Below, one piece after another: positions 1 to 12,934 of a stretch of 64,000 bases of DNA (its first letter is position 1; the number at the start of each line of letters is the position of its first letter). The stretch spans positions 23,622,001 to 23,686,000 of the forward strand of contig OZ024758.1 of the NCBI GenBank assembly GCA_964016885.1, read 5' to 3'. Both the position numbers and the translations under genes were made by a program. This DNA comes from Eledone cirrhosa. Taxonomy: Eukaryota. The notes beneath the pieces were generated by a model. The model was not told the origin of the DNA. It ran no database searches and saw only the letters and a list, made by a program, of their open reading frames with translations.

Positions 1-164
1 TGACACCTACACGATCTCATTTGTTTCGGCCTGGATGGCGCGGCACCAACATAACTTTACATAGAACGGGGTGGTGTGGATGGGGTGGGGGTGGTGGTGG
101 TGGGACGGGGTGTATTTTGTTAGAGATGCCTACTGGCTGGAGTAGGTTTTACTATATATAATAA

Positions 165-354
165 GAATGTTTCTACTTTTGGCACAAGGCCAGCAATTAT
201 CCCAGTGAATTACTGGTACTTTATTTTATCTAGCTTGTAAGGATGAAAGGCAAAGTTAACCTCGGTGGGATTTGAACTCAGAACGCAAAGCGCGGTAACT
301 CCATGTTGCAAAGCATGGTGTCCAACCCTCTACCGATTCTGCCAATTCACCGCC
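165..354 (-). mobile_element. tRNA-derived SINE family A; over 20 full or partial copies, e.g. 6975-7192, 18517-18745, 30780-30995, 38863-39055, 43155-43442, 54168-54388
   Basis: A-box-like TGGCAGTATCGG, B-box-like GAGTTCAAATCC, body gccgaggttaactttgcctttcatccttacggggtcgataaaataaagtaccag, tail agtagaaacaattat; dispersed on both strands. Confidence 0.9.
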
Positions 355-508
355 TATATATAATAATATTACAGGCAAACTTGACATGATTGTGCTGGTA
401 AGGTGGAGCCTAAAGTAGGTGACTAAGAAATGCTGGAGTCAGTCATTATCGTTAGATATTAGGAGACTAGTACTTCAAATTAGTAATTAATGACTGTCTT
501 TTAATATA

Positions 509-705
509 CGAGGATTGGCTGAAAAGTTCATTGGCCGACTAAGAGACTCTCATGGAATGACCAAATGAGGTTTATTTTTCAACATAGTCCCTGGAAAGAA
601 ACAATTCAGTTATTAATAAGAAGAGTTGAAATTAATGCATGCAAGATTTCACAGCTCTAGCATCACTCCTTCATAGTCACCCTATGAACCTTTCAGCTGA
701 TTTTG
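509..705. mobile_element. Mariner-type MITE (partial second copy ~12390-12490)
   Basis: TA|CGAGGATTGGCTGAAAAGTTCAT ... ATGAACCTTTCAGCTGATTTTG|TA imperfect TIRs. Confidence 0.6.
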
Positions 706-865
706 TATTTTTGTGGTTAAGGGCGATGGGCTGGCAGAATTGGGAGACAACCATCAACTTGCAGCTGTTCAAGAAGGGCATGAACTGCATGAATATCACA
801 TGTCTCAGAAAATTTGGGTCCAGACAAACCGCTAGGAAGGGAAAAGAAGGGTTCTCCACCATATA

Positions 866-1158
866 GTCTAAGTCTAAAGTCTGTCTTAAGCCAGAAGGCT
901 CATTTGGCTGGTGCTTATCCCGGTTTCATGGCGTGAAGCGACTGAGAGTACAAGACTCCCCCCCTGGACAGGACGCCAGTCAATCGCAGGGTTAATCCTC
1001 CAGCTATTGCTGGTACTCATTTTCAGCTGAGTAAACTGGAGCAACGTGAAATAAAGTGTCTTGCTCAAGGAAACAACACATCACCCGGTCCAAGAATTGA
1101 ACTCACAACCTTACGATTGCAAGCCCAATGCTCTCATCACTAAGCCATGCGCCTTCAC
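866..1158 (-). mobile_element. Family B SINE head and core with an alternative 3' tail; copies 24880-25240 (+), 22780-22910 (- partial)
   Basis: Same head and core as 1390-1737, but the tail is gctggaggattaaccctgcgattgactggcgtcctgtccagggg...ttagactt. Confidence 0.8.
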
Positions 1159-1389
1159 CCACCATATAGTAAAATATCTATTGAAATGATGAGAATGGAA
1201 ATGGTTTTCATCTAACTGAAGAATAAGCATCTCTTCTTCACACACTTATTCCTGAGCGGGTTGTGGGCGCAGACCTCAACAGAGTCCTCAGTCCTTCCAA
1301 CAGGTCCTGTCAGAAGCAACCATTAAAAGCTTTGTAACTGACACTTGTAGATATGACAAGAAGAAAGAATATTACGTGAGATATTACAT

Positions 1390-1737
1390 GGAGGCACATG
1401 GCTGAGTGGTTAGAGCATTGGCCTTGCAATCGAAAGGTTGTGAGTTCAATTCTCAGACCGGGTGATGTGTTGTTTCCTTGAGCAAGACACTTTATTTCAC
1501 ATTGCTCCAGTTTACTCAGCTGTAGAAATGAGATGATAGGGACTGGGGTCCCTATCATTCCACTGCAAAGTGGTTGTGGAGGTGCCACGGCAAAAAAGCA
1601 CCCAGCACTCACTGTAAATGAGGTTGGTGTTAGGAAGGGCATCCAGCTGTAGAAATCAAGCCAGAATCAGTTCCCGTCCCACCCTTGTAAGCAGGGGAAA
1701 AGCGGACGTAAAATGATGATGATGATGAAATGATGAT
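1390..1737 (+). mobile_element. tRNA-derived CORE-like SINE family B with RTE-type (ATG)n tail; copies 15683-16023 (+), 11270-11622 (-)
   Basis: A box TGGCTGAGTGG, B box GAGTTCAATTC; central tgttgtttccttgagcaagacactttatt...cagtttactcagctgtagaaatg resembles the recalled CORE-SINE (MIR) core. Confidence 0.85.
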
Positions 1738-2020
1738 AATTACTATTAAAATACAATAGTATATATAGAGTAATGTAAATAGTAAAGGGTTAATCCCCAG
1801 TGATAATTTACGTCATTCTCAAAGCTCAGGTTGGAAAGGTGAACATGCCCAAGGCTAAAAACTATTGTAAATTATATTTTGATTTAGTCATTGACCAAAG
1901 TATGAAGGGTGTTTCCTGTTTATCTGTTAGTATCACAGAAGCAAATACTGTTACTAATGGAAAGATAGTAACTAGAGCTTATTGCCAAGTCACGGTAATC
2001 AGTTGATTGTCATGTCTCTT

Positions 2021-2803
2021 TTAACCCTTTAGCATTCACTTTACTCTATATATACTGTTATATTTTCATGGTAAAGGCTTTACCTCGCATAATTATCTCA
2101 CATAACATTCACATTACTCTATATATACTATTTTATTTTCATGGTAAAGGCTTTACCTCACATAATATCTCACAACATTCACATTACTCTATATATACTA
2201 TTATATTTTCATGGTAAAGGCTTTACCTCACATAATATCTCACATAACATTCACATTACTCTATATATACTATTATATTTTCATGGTAAAGGCTTTACCT
2301 CACATAATATCTCACAACATTCACATTACTCTATATATACTATTATATTTTCATGGTAAAGGCTTTACCTCACATAATATCTCACAACATTCACATTACT
2401 CTATATATACTATTATATTTTCATGGTAAAGGCTTTACCTCACATAATATCTCACAACATTCACATTACTCTATATATACTATTATATTTTCATGGTAAA
2501 GGCTTTACCTCACATAATATCTCACAACATTCACATTACTCTATATATACTATTATATTTTCATGGTAAAGGCTTTACCTCACATAATATCTCACAACAT
2601 TCACATTACTCTATATATACTATTATATTTTCATGGTAAAGGCTTTACCTCGCATAATTATCTCACATAATATCGAATCTATGAAATTTTGAAAGTATTT
2701 ATTTTGAGAACAATACCTTAACATCAGTTTGAGTGGCCAGTTACAGCCAGTTTCAACAGAAAGAGGTAGAGAATTCTGGCTGGTTTGAACATTAAAGGGT
2801 TAA
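2021..2803 (+). mobile_element. TTAA-flanked piggyBac-type MITE (family P1) with an internal ~69-70 bp unit amplified about 9 times
   Basis: Ends TTAA|CCCTTTAGCATT ... ATTAAAGGG|TTAA; unamplified ~220-bp copies at 12531-12748, 18944-19171 (-), 19975-20190, 20820-21047, 29146-29361, 32413-32563. Confidence 0.88.
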
Positions 2804-5449
2804 ATGTTCTCTGAATTACAAGTTATATAATTTTTGTCTCTCAAATTGTTTTCTCTTTTTATCATAACTAGATGAGGGCAGCATCTTCTCTCTCCCTCTC
2901 TCTCTTCCTCTCTTTCTTTGCCTCTGTCCCTCTCTCTCTTCCTCTCTTTCTTTGCCTCTGTCCCTCTCTCTCTCTCTCTCTCTCAACAAATGATGTTCTT
3001 TTTCTCTATTTATGCACATCTCTTTCGCTTGGTGCTCTCCTTCTCTCTATGTAGATGAGGGCAACGTCATAACTTTCTGTCACCTCTAAACCACACAGTG
3101 TTCTCTTTTCTCTCTCTAACTATGTATGGATCTCTTGCTTGGTGCTACCCCTTCTCTATATAGATGAGGGCAACGTCATAACTTTCTATCTATCTACCAC
3201 TTTCTGTCACCTCAAAAACCTTGTTCTCTCTCTATCTATGTACATATCTCTTGCTTGGTGCTACCCCCTCTCTATATAAAGTGAACGTGACAGATGGAGG
3301 AACAGACACAGATGCAGGCAGGCAGGCAAGCAGATAGGCAGCGCTCTTATAATTTACAGCCCTTTATGGTCTGAGTTCATATCCCGTCGGGGTTAACTTT
3401 GCCTTTCATTCTTACAAGGTCGATAAAATAAAGTACCAGTAATGCACTGGGTAATTGCTGGCCTTGTGCCAAAAGTGGAAACAATTATAATATAGATTAT
3501 TCTACTTTCTCATTTTCCAGTTTATGGTAACTTATTCTATAAAATATAAAACTTAAGAGTTTGTATGGGGGGACATACAAACAAACATTGTGTCCACTGG
3601 CAGTATCAGTAGGGCATCAGACACCATGATTTGCAGCGTAGAGTTATGGCCCTTTACGTTCTAAGTTCAAATCCCGCCAACGTTAACTTTGCCTTTCATT
3701 CTTACGGGGTTGATAAAATGAAGTACCAGTAATGCACTGGGGGTCGATTTTAATCGACTTACCCCTCTCCCAAATTTGTTGGCTATAACCTAAACCAGAA
3801 AGCATATCTACGGTATATAACCAAATTAGTAATATATAATAGTTACCTATTGTTATTTTAGTGCCAAAACAAAACCACCAAACGTCGTTACACACTGAAT
3901 GTTTTAAAATATTGAATTTATGAGGTTTTGATATTTTTTTATTTTTTGAGAACAATACCATGCTTTGCAGCATAGAGTTAAGGCCCTTTACGTTACATTC
4001 TAAGTTCAAATCCTGCCGAGGTTAACTTTGCCTTTCGTCCTTACGGGGGTCGATAAAATAAAGTACCAGTAATGCTGCACTGGGGGTAATTGCTGGCCTT
4101 GTGCCAAAAGTAGAAACATTTGTGTCCACCAGTGGCCAGGGTTGTCATTCAACATACACTACCCGACCCCCATTTCTTCTCTCTCTTGCAATCTGCATGG
4201 TTTGCAGAGGTATTTATATTAAATCTTTAATTATGACCTAGTTTCACCACTTCACACTATATTTATTTAACCAGAACACCAACTGTCGTAGAAATACTGT
4301 CTCTAACCGCAAATATGTATTATTTAGGGTTAATCTTTCCACATAAATACTTTCAACCTTAATCCTCTTACTTACATGTTACATTAGAGTTCAGTGTCTG
4401 TTTGTTTGTGTTTTTTACTTGCTATTTAGTTTTTTGTTTTTGTTTTGCTTCTGCTTGTGTGTTTATTTGGTGTTTAATTTTTTGTTTTTGCTCTCTCTCT
4501 CTCTCTCGTTACTAATGTTTCTTAATTAGGTATGTTGCCTTAGGCAGGTACATTGAGGTTTCTTGTTCAGTAATAAGCTGTGTGTTTGTACTGGAATGTC
4601 ATCTTGTCCAGTTGTTAAGAATCAATCTAAATGAATTAACAATGTCACTCTATTAACTGTAATAGGAGAGATTGGTAAGCTGCACCAGATAGTGAATGGA
4701 TCTCGTGTGTTGAACATCTGTCTTGTTTTATGAGCAGCTTATTTTTTGAGAGACAGAATTGATCATCATCATCATCATCATCATCGTTTAATATCTATCT
4801 TCCACGTATGGGTTAGACGGGTTTGTCCCAATTTGAGGCAAGTTGTGTTGGGTGACCGTGTCTCACTCATATAGGACTGTTTTAGACTGGTTTTCTACAG
4901 CTGGATGACCTTCCTAATGCCAACCACATTTACAATCTGTGCTGGATGCTTTTTACTGTGACCCCTACACTACCACTTTACAGTGTGGGCTGGGTGCTTT
5001 TTGTTGTGACCCCTACACTACCACTTTACAGTGTGGGCTGGGTGCTTTTTGTTGTGACGCCTACATGACCACTTTACAGTGTGGACTGGGTGCTTTTTTG
5101 TCATGACACCTGCATGACCACTTTACAGTGTGGGCTGGATGTTTTGTGGTACCAACCTAACTTTACAGAGTAATGGTGAGGGAAGCAGGATGGAGGTGTA
5201 GGCGGTGTGGGGGGTGTATATTGGATTAAGAGGTGACTACTGAGTGTAGGTTTAAGTCTGTGCGCAAGGGAAGGCGGGTCTTCTGTATTACTGCATGATG
5301 ATGTCAATGAAAATTGTGTACAGTACTCAGGTGCACTACAACTCATCAAAGGTGCATGAATAGTACATAGAATAATGTACAAATATCAGGAAAGTGAACA
5401 GTGTATGAGTCATGATATACACACAGATACATGCATGTATGTGTATTGA

Positions 5450-6575
5450 GGGGGAATATCAGGTGTAGTGTTGGCGAATCTCAGGAAGCATGGAGGTTTT
5501 AAAGGATGCAGTGTCTTGACAGCTAACAACTGATGCAGGTAGAATGTTCCATGGAGGTTTTAAAGGATGCAGTGTCTCGACAGCTAACAACTGATGCAGG
5601 TAGACTGTTCCATGGAGGTTTTAAAGGATGCAGTGTCTCGACAGCTAACAACTGATGCAGGTAGAATGTTCCATGGAGGTTTTAAAGGATGCAGTGTCTC
5701 GACAGCTAACAACTGATGCAGGTAGACTGTTCCATGGAGGTTTTAAAGGATGCAGTGTCTCGACAGCTAACAACTGATGCAGGTAGACTGTTCCATGGAG
5801 GTTTTAAAGGATGCAGTGTCTCGACAGCTAAATGATGCAGGTAGTCTGTTCCATGGAGGTTTTAAAGGATGCAGTGTCTCGACAGCTAACAACTGATGCA
5901 GGTAGACTGTTCCATGGAGGTTTTAAAGGATGCAGTGTCTCGACAGCTAACAACTGATGCAGGTAGACTGTTCCATGGAGGTTTTAAAGGGTGCAGTGTC
6001 TCGACAGCTAACAACTCATGCAGGTAGACTGTTCCATGGAGGTTTTAAAGGATGCAATGTCTCGACAGCTAACAACTGATGCAGGTAGACTGTTCCATGG
6101 AGGTTTTAAAGGATGCAGTGTCTCGACAGCTAACAACTGATGCAGGTAGACTGTTCCATGGAGGTTTTTAAAGGATGCAGTGTCTTGACAGCTAACAACT
6201 GATGCAGGTAGACTGTTCCATGGAGGTTTTTAAAGGATGCAGTGTCTCGACAGCTAACAACTGATGCAGGTAGACTGTTCCATGCTTCAGCAACTCTGAG
6301 CGCGAAAAAAATGTTTTCGAAAGTCATGGGAGCTGTGCTGTTTTCTGCCTTTGTAGGCATGCCCACGTGTGTTAGACACATGGAAATCAAAAAGGTGCTC
6401 AGGGTTGTTGTTGGCAAGATGGTTAATGATTTTGGGGGTCTTTACCAAGTGAGTTGCCAGATGTCAGAGCTTCAATGTATCCGTGCCCAGGGAAGCAAGA
6501 CGTTCAGAGTATGGTAGATGCCTGATGGAGGGTGTTAACTTGGTTGCACGTCTCTGAACAGTTTTCAGGAGGTTA
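5450..6575 (-). mobile_element. CR1-clade LINE 3' fragment with an internal 60-bp unit amplified about 13 times (5490-6285)
   Basis: ORF 6130..6417 contains FFALRVAEAWNSLPASVVSCRDTASFK, the CR1 ORF2 C-terminal motif (FF..RV...WN.LP..VV.......FK). Confidence 0.8.
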
Positions 6576-7274
6576 ATATTGTTGTAGTAGTGGTGGTGGT
6601 GGTAGTTTTGTTAACTTCTTTAGTACTGAATTCACCAAGGATATGGGGCAAGTTGAGAGTTTTGTGTGTGTGAGAGTGTGTGTGTTTTGAACTCAGAACA
6701 TAAATGGATGTAACTTGTTGCTGTAAAGCCTGATATCTGACACTCTATCAATACTGCCCATTCACCACTTATTGTTTCTACTTTAGGCACAAGGCCAACA
6801 ATTTGAAGGGAAGGAGGGAAAGTCGATTAAATTGACCCCAGTGCATTACTGATATTTTATTTTATCGACCTTGTAAGGATGAAGGGCAAAGCTAACCTCG
6901 GCGGGATTTGAACTCATAATGTAAAGGGCCGTAACTCTATGCCAATCCACCACCCTTTTTATATGTTTTAATCATGATTTCTGATTTAGGCACAAGGCCA
7001 GCAATTTTTTAGGGGAGGGGAAAGTCGATTAAATCGACACCAGTGCATTACTGGTACTTTATTTTATCGACCCCGTAAGGGTGAAAGGCAAAGTTAACCT
7101 CGGCGGGATTTGAACTCAGAATGGCAAGGGCCGTAACTCTGTGTCAAAGCATGGCGTCCGACCCTCTACCGATACTGCCAATCCACCGCCCTTTTATGTT
7201 TTAATAATAATAGGAAATCTATGTTTAATCAATGGCTATTGATCATGATAAAATGGCAATGGTTGTTCTGATTA

Positions 7275-7650
7275 CTAGTAAATATTGATTTCTTTATTAG
7301 CCACAAAGGCGCAACAAGAAAGGGGACAATACAAAGACATGCCGGGGATTTTACATACAGTCGTGTAAAAAATATAAAAACAAACAATTTCAACAATCGA
7401 AATCCCCAATAGGGGGGAGGCGCCACAAATGGGTTGTTTAATACCCCGTCGATAGAACAACCCTCAACTCAAGGAGCGTGTTGTGCAAGTGCTCCTTTCT
7501 TCCTTTTGCTCTCTTCCTCAACCTACAGGCTTATAAACAGAGAAGGCCCAATCACTCGGGCCATTTTCGCTTCATTCACCCACCTTTCAGTAAATTTACT
7601 GGGGTGCAGTGCCTCTCTCTCCACCCTGATTCTCCTTCTAAAGTGATACT
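7275..7650 (-). mobile_element. L1/Tx1-type LINE 3' end (short copy)
   Basis: Homologous to 51055-51433; ends gtggctaataaagaaa. Confidence 0.75.
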
Positions 7651-8289
7651 TAAAGAATGGAATCTAGTAAATATTATGAACCAACTAGGTTATTGTAACA
7701 GTTAACTTTGTGTAACATATGTTGGAAACGGAGAATCAACATATACATACATACATACATACATACATGGTGGCTGCCAACTCGTTTTCGAGTACGGCCA
7801 CTACTTTATATCCATGTAGGAGAACCCCTACCGATGCGCTGAACGAGTGTGACTTTTTAGTCCAGCCAGCGACTTGAAAACTCTGGTACAAACACTACAC
7901 TTGTGACCATTATTGACACATAGTGCAGGGCCCATGGTACCATGTGATGACAAGTGCAGAGAGATCTCCAGATATAAAGCAATGCCTGTGCCGTGAAGAT
8001 TTTATAGTGAACAAAGGCACTGCACAAAGCCAGTCCCCACTCTCTTAACCAAGATGATATTTACCAAAAAGAAGAACAAGTCAACATCATTGGATACCAT
8101 CAGGGTTGCAGGTGTTATATCAGAGTTTTCCTTCTCCTAGAATTCTGCCTTGTGTGTGTGTGTGTGTGTGTGTATCTATGTATGTGTATGTATGTATCTA
8201 TGTGTATGTATGTATGTGTATGTATGTATGTATGTATCTATATATATGTATGCATGTATCTATATGTATGTGTATGAATATGTATGTTC

Positions 8290-8830
8290 TTCTGGTTTTA
8301 TAATTTCACAAAGTTTTACTAATAGAGAATAAACATAGACACAAGACTCTCTCATTGGAATTTACACATCAACTAGGTAGATATGTATGTATGCATGCAT
8401 GTGTAGATATGGATGTTATTGTATGTGTGGATGTGTATGTTTTGAGTTGTATGTGTGCATGTGTATATGCTTTGTATCTGTACATGTGTATATGCAGTTA
8501 TTAGAGGCAAAATTTTTGGAATGTTTTACATATTTTTACTGTTCCATTAATGGATTGTACTTGTAGTTTCCTAACTAGTTGTGTTCTTTCTGTTCCTGTG
8601 AAGCTTAACTTCTCAAGATTTGTATTGAGGCAGTTACTAACATATCCCAGTGCCCCAATAATAACAGGCATAAATCTGAAGGTGTAATCAGGGTGGAGTA
8701 TCTGCAGATTTCTCATCAGTTCTGCATAAATATTCTCCTTTTCACTAATCTTTGATATTATATTGGCATCTGCTGGGCAGCTAATTTCCACTACTGTGCA
8801 TGTTTTCTTCTCCCTGTCCCATATCATTAT
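8290..8830 (-). mobile_element. RLE-type (R4/Dong or NeSL-like) non-LTR retrotransposon 3' fragment in a (CATA)n tract
   Basis: IWDREKKTCTVVEISCPAD..I..K..EK..Y...F.F.PVIIGALG matches the restriction-like endonuclease C-terminus; bounded by (TATG)n on both sides. Confidence 0.8.
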
Positions 8831-8859
8831 GTATGTATGTATGTATGTATGTATGTATG

Positions 8860-9205
8860 TCAATGTGCGTGAACGACCAAGCAAATACAAGTTGAGAGAG
8901 AAACTGTGTATAAGAGGGATAAGCTATAGTGTGCGGGAGAGAAGACTGCGTTGCTATGGACGTGATGCGCATGGAGGATGACCACTGGGTAAAGAAGTGG
9001 CAAGAAATCCCAGTGGAAGGAAGACGCAGTAGAGGAAGAGCACGAATATCATGGGCGGTGGTGGGGGAGAGCTGACCTCAGATCGCTGAATCTCACAGAG
9101 ATGACGAAGGACCATGACGAAAGGAGAGATGCTGTGCTGAATAGGTGAATAGGACCCGTCCCACCCTTGGAAGCAGGGAAAAGCGGACGTAAAATGATAA
9201 TGATG
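8860..9205 (+). mobile_element. RTE-clade LINE 3' fragment
   Basis: RERRLRCYG...WVKK..EIPVEGRRSRGR-type motifs; tail cccgtcccacccttggaagcagggaaaagcggacgtaaaatgat(gat)n. Confidence 0.8.
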
Positions 9206-9523
9206 ATATATGTATATATATATATCATCATCATCATCTTCGTTTTAACGTCTATCTTCCACGCTAGCATGGGTTAGACGGGAGTTGTCCCACTTGAGGC
9301 AAGGTTGGTCGGGTGACTGTGTCTCACTCATATAGAACTATCTGGCAGGTTTTCTATGGCTGGATACCCTTCCTAACACCAACCACATTTACAGTGTGGA
9401 ACTGGGAACTTTTTACCGTGTTACCTACACGGCCACATTACAGTGTGGACTGTGTGTTTTTTTTTGTCCTGACACCTACACGATCTCGATCTATGTATAT
9501 ATATATATATATACACACATATA

Positions 9524-10368
9524 CAAGGTGCGGACGATATTTGTTCGCAAGATTACTGTCTAGGAAAAAGTAACACAGTAGTTTTATTTTTTAAGATATA
9601 TTTATCAAACTTGGGTCAGTTTGTCTTCATGACTTGTTCTTTCGATCTCACTCGATAAACCCGCCATTGGCTTTGATTACGGCCTCAATGCGGCCTCGGA
9701 ACCGGCTACAGGCCTTCGTCACTGTCCCCCAAATTAGGCCTCTAAAGGCACTTGTGATCCTGGCCTTCAGATCGTCTTTCGTATTGCAGCTAGGGGGGGT
9801 TTCAGTCAGGCAAGACGGGAGGCCAGATGTCAGGTGAAGTGGGGTCGACGAAGTTCTCTGACAGCCAGGCTTGGGTCTTTCAGCTAGTATGGCAGGGCGC
9901 TGAGTCTTGCTGCCACACGTACAGCCTACCTGCAGCTACCTGGTCGATCCAGGGCTTTACTTTCTCACTCAGAACGCAGATGTAGCCATCGGTGTTCAGC
10001 TTGAGGCCCTCAGGGAAGAAGTGAGGTGGTATGACGTCACCTTGACTGCTGACGACACCTAAGACCAATGTTGTCGCTGGAAACTTTGCATGACTCTCGG
10101 CACATCTTTGGATGAGACAGTGAGCCACCTGTTGTTCTGGGAGTTGATCTTCTGGTCTTTATTTGTCCTCCCGGCGGGGATTCCAAGAAGAACTCCGTGC
10201 CTTTTCCACAAATTTGGAGGTTCAAAATTATTCATAATCAATTATTCTGAAAATAAAGAATGGAAATATAGTCACTGTTTCTATGAAGACAAGAGTGACA
10301 ATGGAAGTAAAAAAAATGTGCATAAAATTAGCAGTTGAAAATTGCGAACAAATATCGTCCTCAACCTG
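9524..10368 (-). mobile_element. Tc1/mariner-superfamily DNA transposon, internally deleted transposase pseudogene
   Basis: TIRs TA|CAAGGTGCGGACGATATTTGTTCGCAA / TTGCGAACAAATATCGTCCTCAACCTG|TA; peptide GVVSSQGDVIPPHFF...YVWQQDSAPCHTS (second catalytic D motif). Confidence 0.88.
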
Positions 10369-12934
10369 TATATGTATATATATACACACACACACACACA
10401 CACTCTCTCTCTAAGTGTGTTCTTGTAATGACATAGATTTGAATAAATACACCAGCTGTTTACAACTGAGAAGTCACATGGATATGAATAGGAAATGAAG
10501 AATTTGTGTGTGTTTGTGTGAGTGCGTATGCACGTATGTTTGTATGAGTGTGTGTGCATGGGCACGTATGGTTGTGTGTGTGTGTGCTTGCATACGTGTG
10601 TGTATGTGTGAGTGCGTTTATATGCTTGTTTACCAACATATTTCTTATCAATACTTACAATAGTCATGTGTGTGTGTGTATGTATGTGAGTGAGTGAGTG
10701 TGTGTGTGTGTTTCTCTCTGTGTGTGTGTATTTCTCTCTCTGTGTGTGTGTATGTAATGTATGTGTGTGTGTGTGAATATAAACATGGATGGCAACATAT
10801 TTCTTAACATCTATAACAGTATTCGTGTGTGTGTGTGTAAGTGTATTTTTTAGGGTAATAATTGTTTCTACTTTAGGTACAAGGCCAGCAATTACCCAGT
10901 GCATTACTGGTACTTTATTTTATCGACCCCGTAAGGATGAAAGGCAAAGTTAACCTCGGCAGGATTTGAACTCAGAATGGCGTCCGACCCTCTACCGATA
11001 CTGCCAACCCACCGCTCAAGTAATAATTGAGGTTAACATCATCCATAGATAAATCTTGCTGTATATACCAACAGAGATGTGAAACAGAATAAATTATATC
11101 TGTGTCATGTCTATAGATTTCTTTTATATAAATTCTCCTGTTTAGGAAATACTTCAGCCCTGAACAACTGTTATGCTTTTACAAAGCACAACTACCCTTG
11201 ATATTACCCCATAAACCTTACATTTGGAATTAACTCTTTAGTATTTATATTACCACAAAAATACAATAGTATCATCATCATTTTCATCATCATTTTATTT
11301 TATGTCCGCTTTTTCCCTGCTTGCAAGGGTGGGACGGGAACTGATTCTGGCTTGATTTCTACAGCTGTATGCCCTTCCTAACGCCAACCTCATTTACAGT
11401 GAGTGCTGGGTGCTTTTTTGCCGTGGCACCTACACAACCACTTTACAATGGAATGATAGGGACCCCAGTCCCTATCATCTCATTTCTACAGCTGAGTAAA
11501 CTGGAGCAATGTGAAATAAAGTGTCTTGCTCAAGGAAACAACACATCGCCTGGTCTGAGAATTGAACTCACAATCTTTCGATTGCAAGGCCAATGCTCTA
11601 ACCACTAAGACATGTGTCTCCATAGTATATATAGAGTAAAGGTTTTATCTTACATAATTATTTCACATAATATCAAATCTATGAAATTTTGATACCATTT
11701 ATTTTGAGAACAAAACTGTAACATTGGTATGAGTGGCCAGTTATGACCGGTTTAAACGGAAAGAGGTGAGAGAATTCTGGCCGGATATGGCCGGTTTAAA
11801 TGGTAAAGGGTTGAGTAACTTCTAAATGTTACACACACACACTTTAGATTGTACTCAAGAAAACCTACTTTTCTTGTATCATCATCATCACCACCGTTTA
11901 GCGTCCATTTTTTTCCATACTTGCATGGGTTAGACGAGTTGTCCACGCTGGGAGACAAGTCTGACCATAATTGGCCATGCTGTACCATGCTCCGATGAGG
12001 ACTGTAAATTTTGTCGGGGGGTGGGGGTTTACAGCTGGATGCCCTTCCTAACACCAACCACAGTTACAACATATAAACCAAAAAGGTTGGTTCATCACCC
12101 AAACTCTGCCTTTTCTGTTTGCTTTAATACAACAGCAGCCGTTATTCTGAACTGTAAACTTTATTTGATACTCAAATAAACCCTCTTCTTGTAACCACCT
12201 CTCTCCCTTTTGCCACCCCTTTTATCTATTGTCATTTGTTGTAGTGTCCATTTTAATTAGAATAAAAGATGTGAAAAGGTATTTAAATAATACATAACAT
12301 AATTTTAAAATTTATTTAGTATATCTAAATACAGAAAGTAATAAATTCACTGTCTGCAGAAGTTATTATTTCCTTGATAGATGGACAGGGATACTTATTA
12401 ACAAGAATTGAAATTAATGCATGCAAGATTTCACAGCTCTAGCATCACTTCTTCATCATTAGCCTATGAACATTTCAGCTCATTCTCGTATTTACAAATC
12501 TGGTAGCTATCAAGAAACTAACATTTTTCATTAACCCTTTAGCATTCACATTACTCTATGTATACTATTGTATTTTTGAGGTAAAGGCTTTACCGCACAT
12601 AATTATCTCAAATAATATCGAATCTATGAGATTTTGTAAGTATTTATTTTGAAAACAATACCTTAACATCAGTTTGAGCGACCAGTTATGGCCAGTTTCA
12701 ACAGAAAGAGGTAGAGAATTCTGGCCGGTTTGAACATTAAAGGGTTAAAGTGTTCCTTCAGCCTCTTCATCAGAACAATGTTGATGATACTTTCCGATGT
12801 TTATTCCCCAACCACGACCCTACAATAATTGAAACAATATTGATTTGATAAATTGACCCCCAGTACTGGAGAGGTACTTTTTCTTTTATCAACCTTGAAA
12901 GGGTGAAAGTGTGAATGCGTTTTTTTTTTTTGGA

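Noticed and set aside
1390-1460. tRNA-like sequence with A and B boxes
   Set aside because: It continues into the SINE core and tail and is multicopy; a SINE head, not a tRNA gene. The same applies to family A heads.
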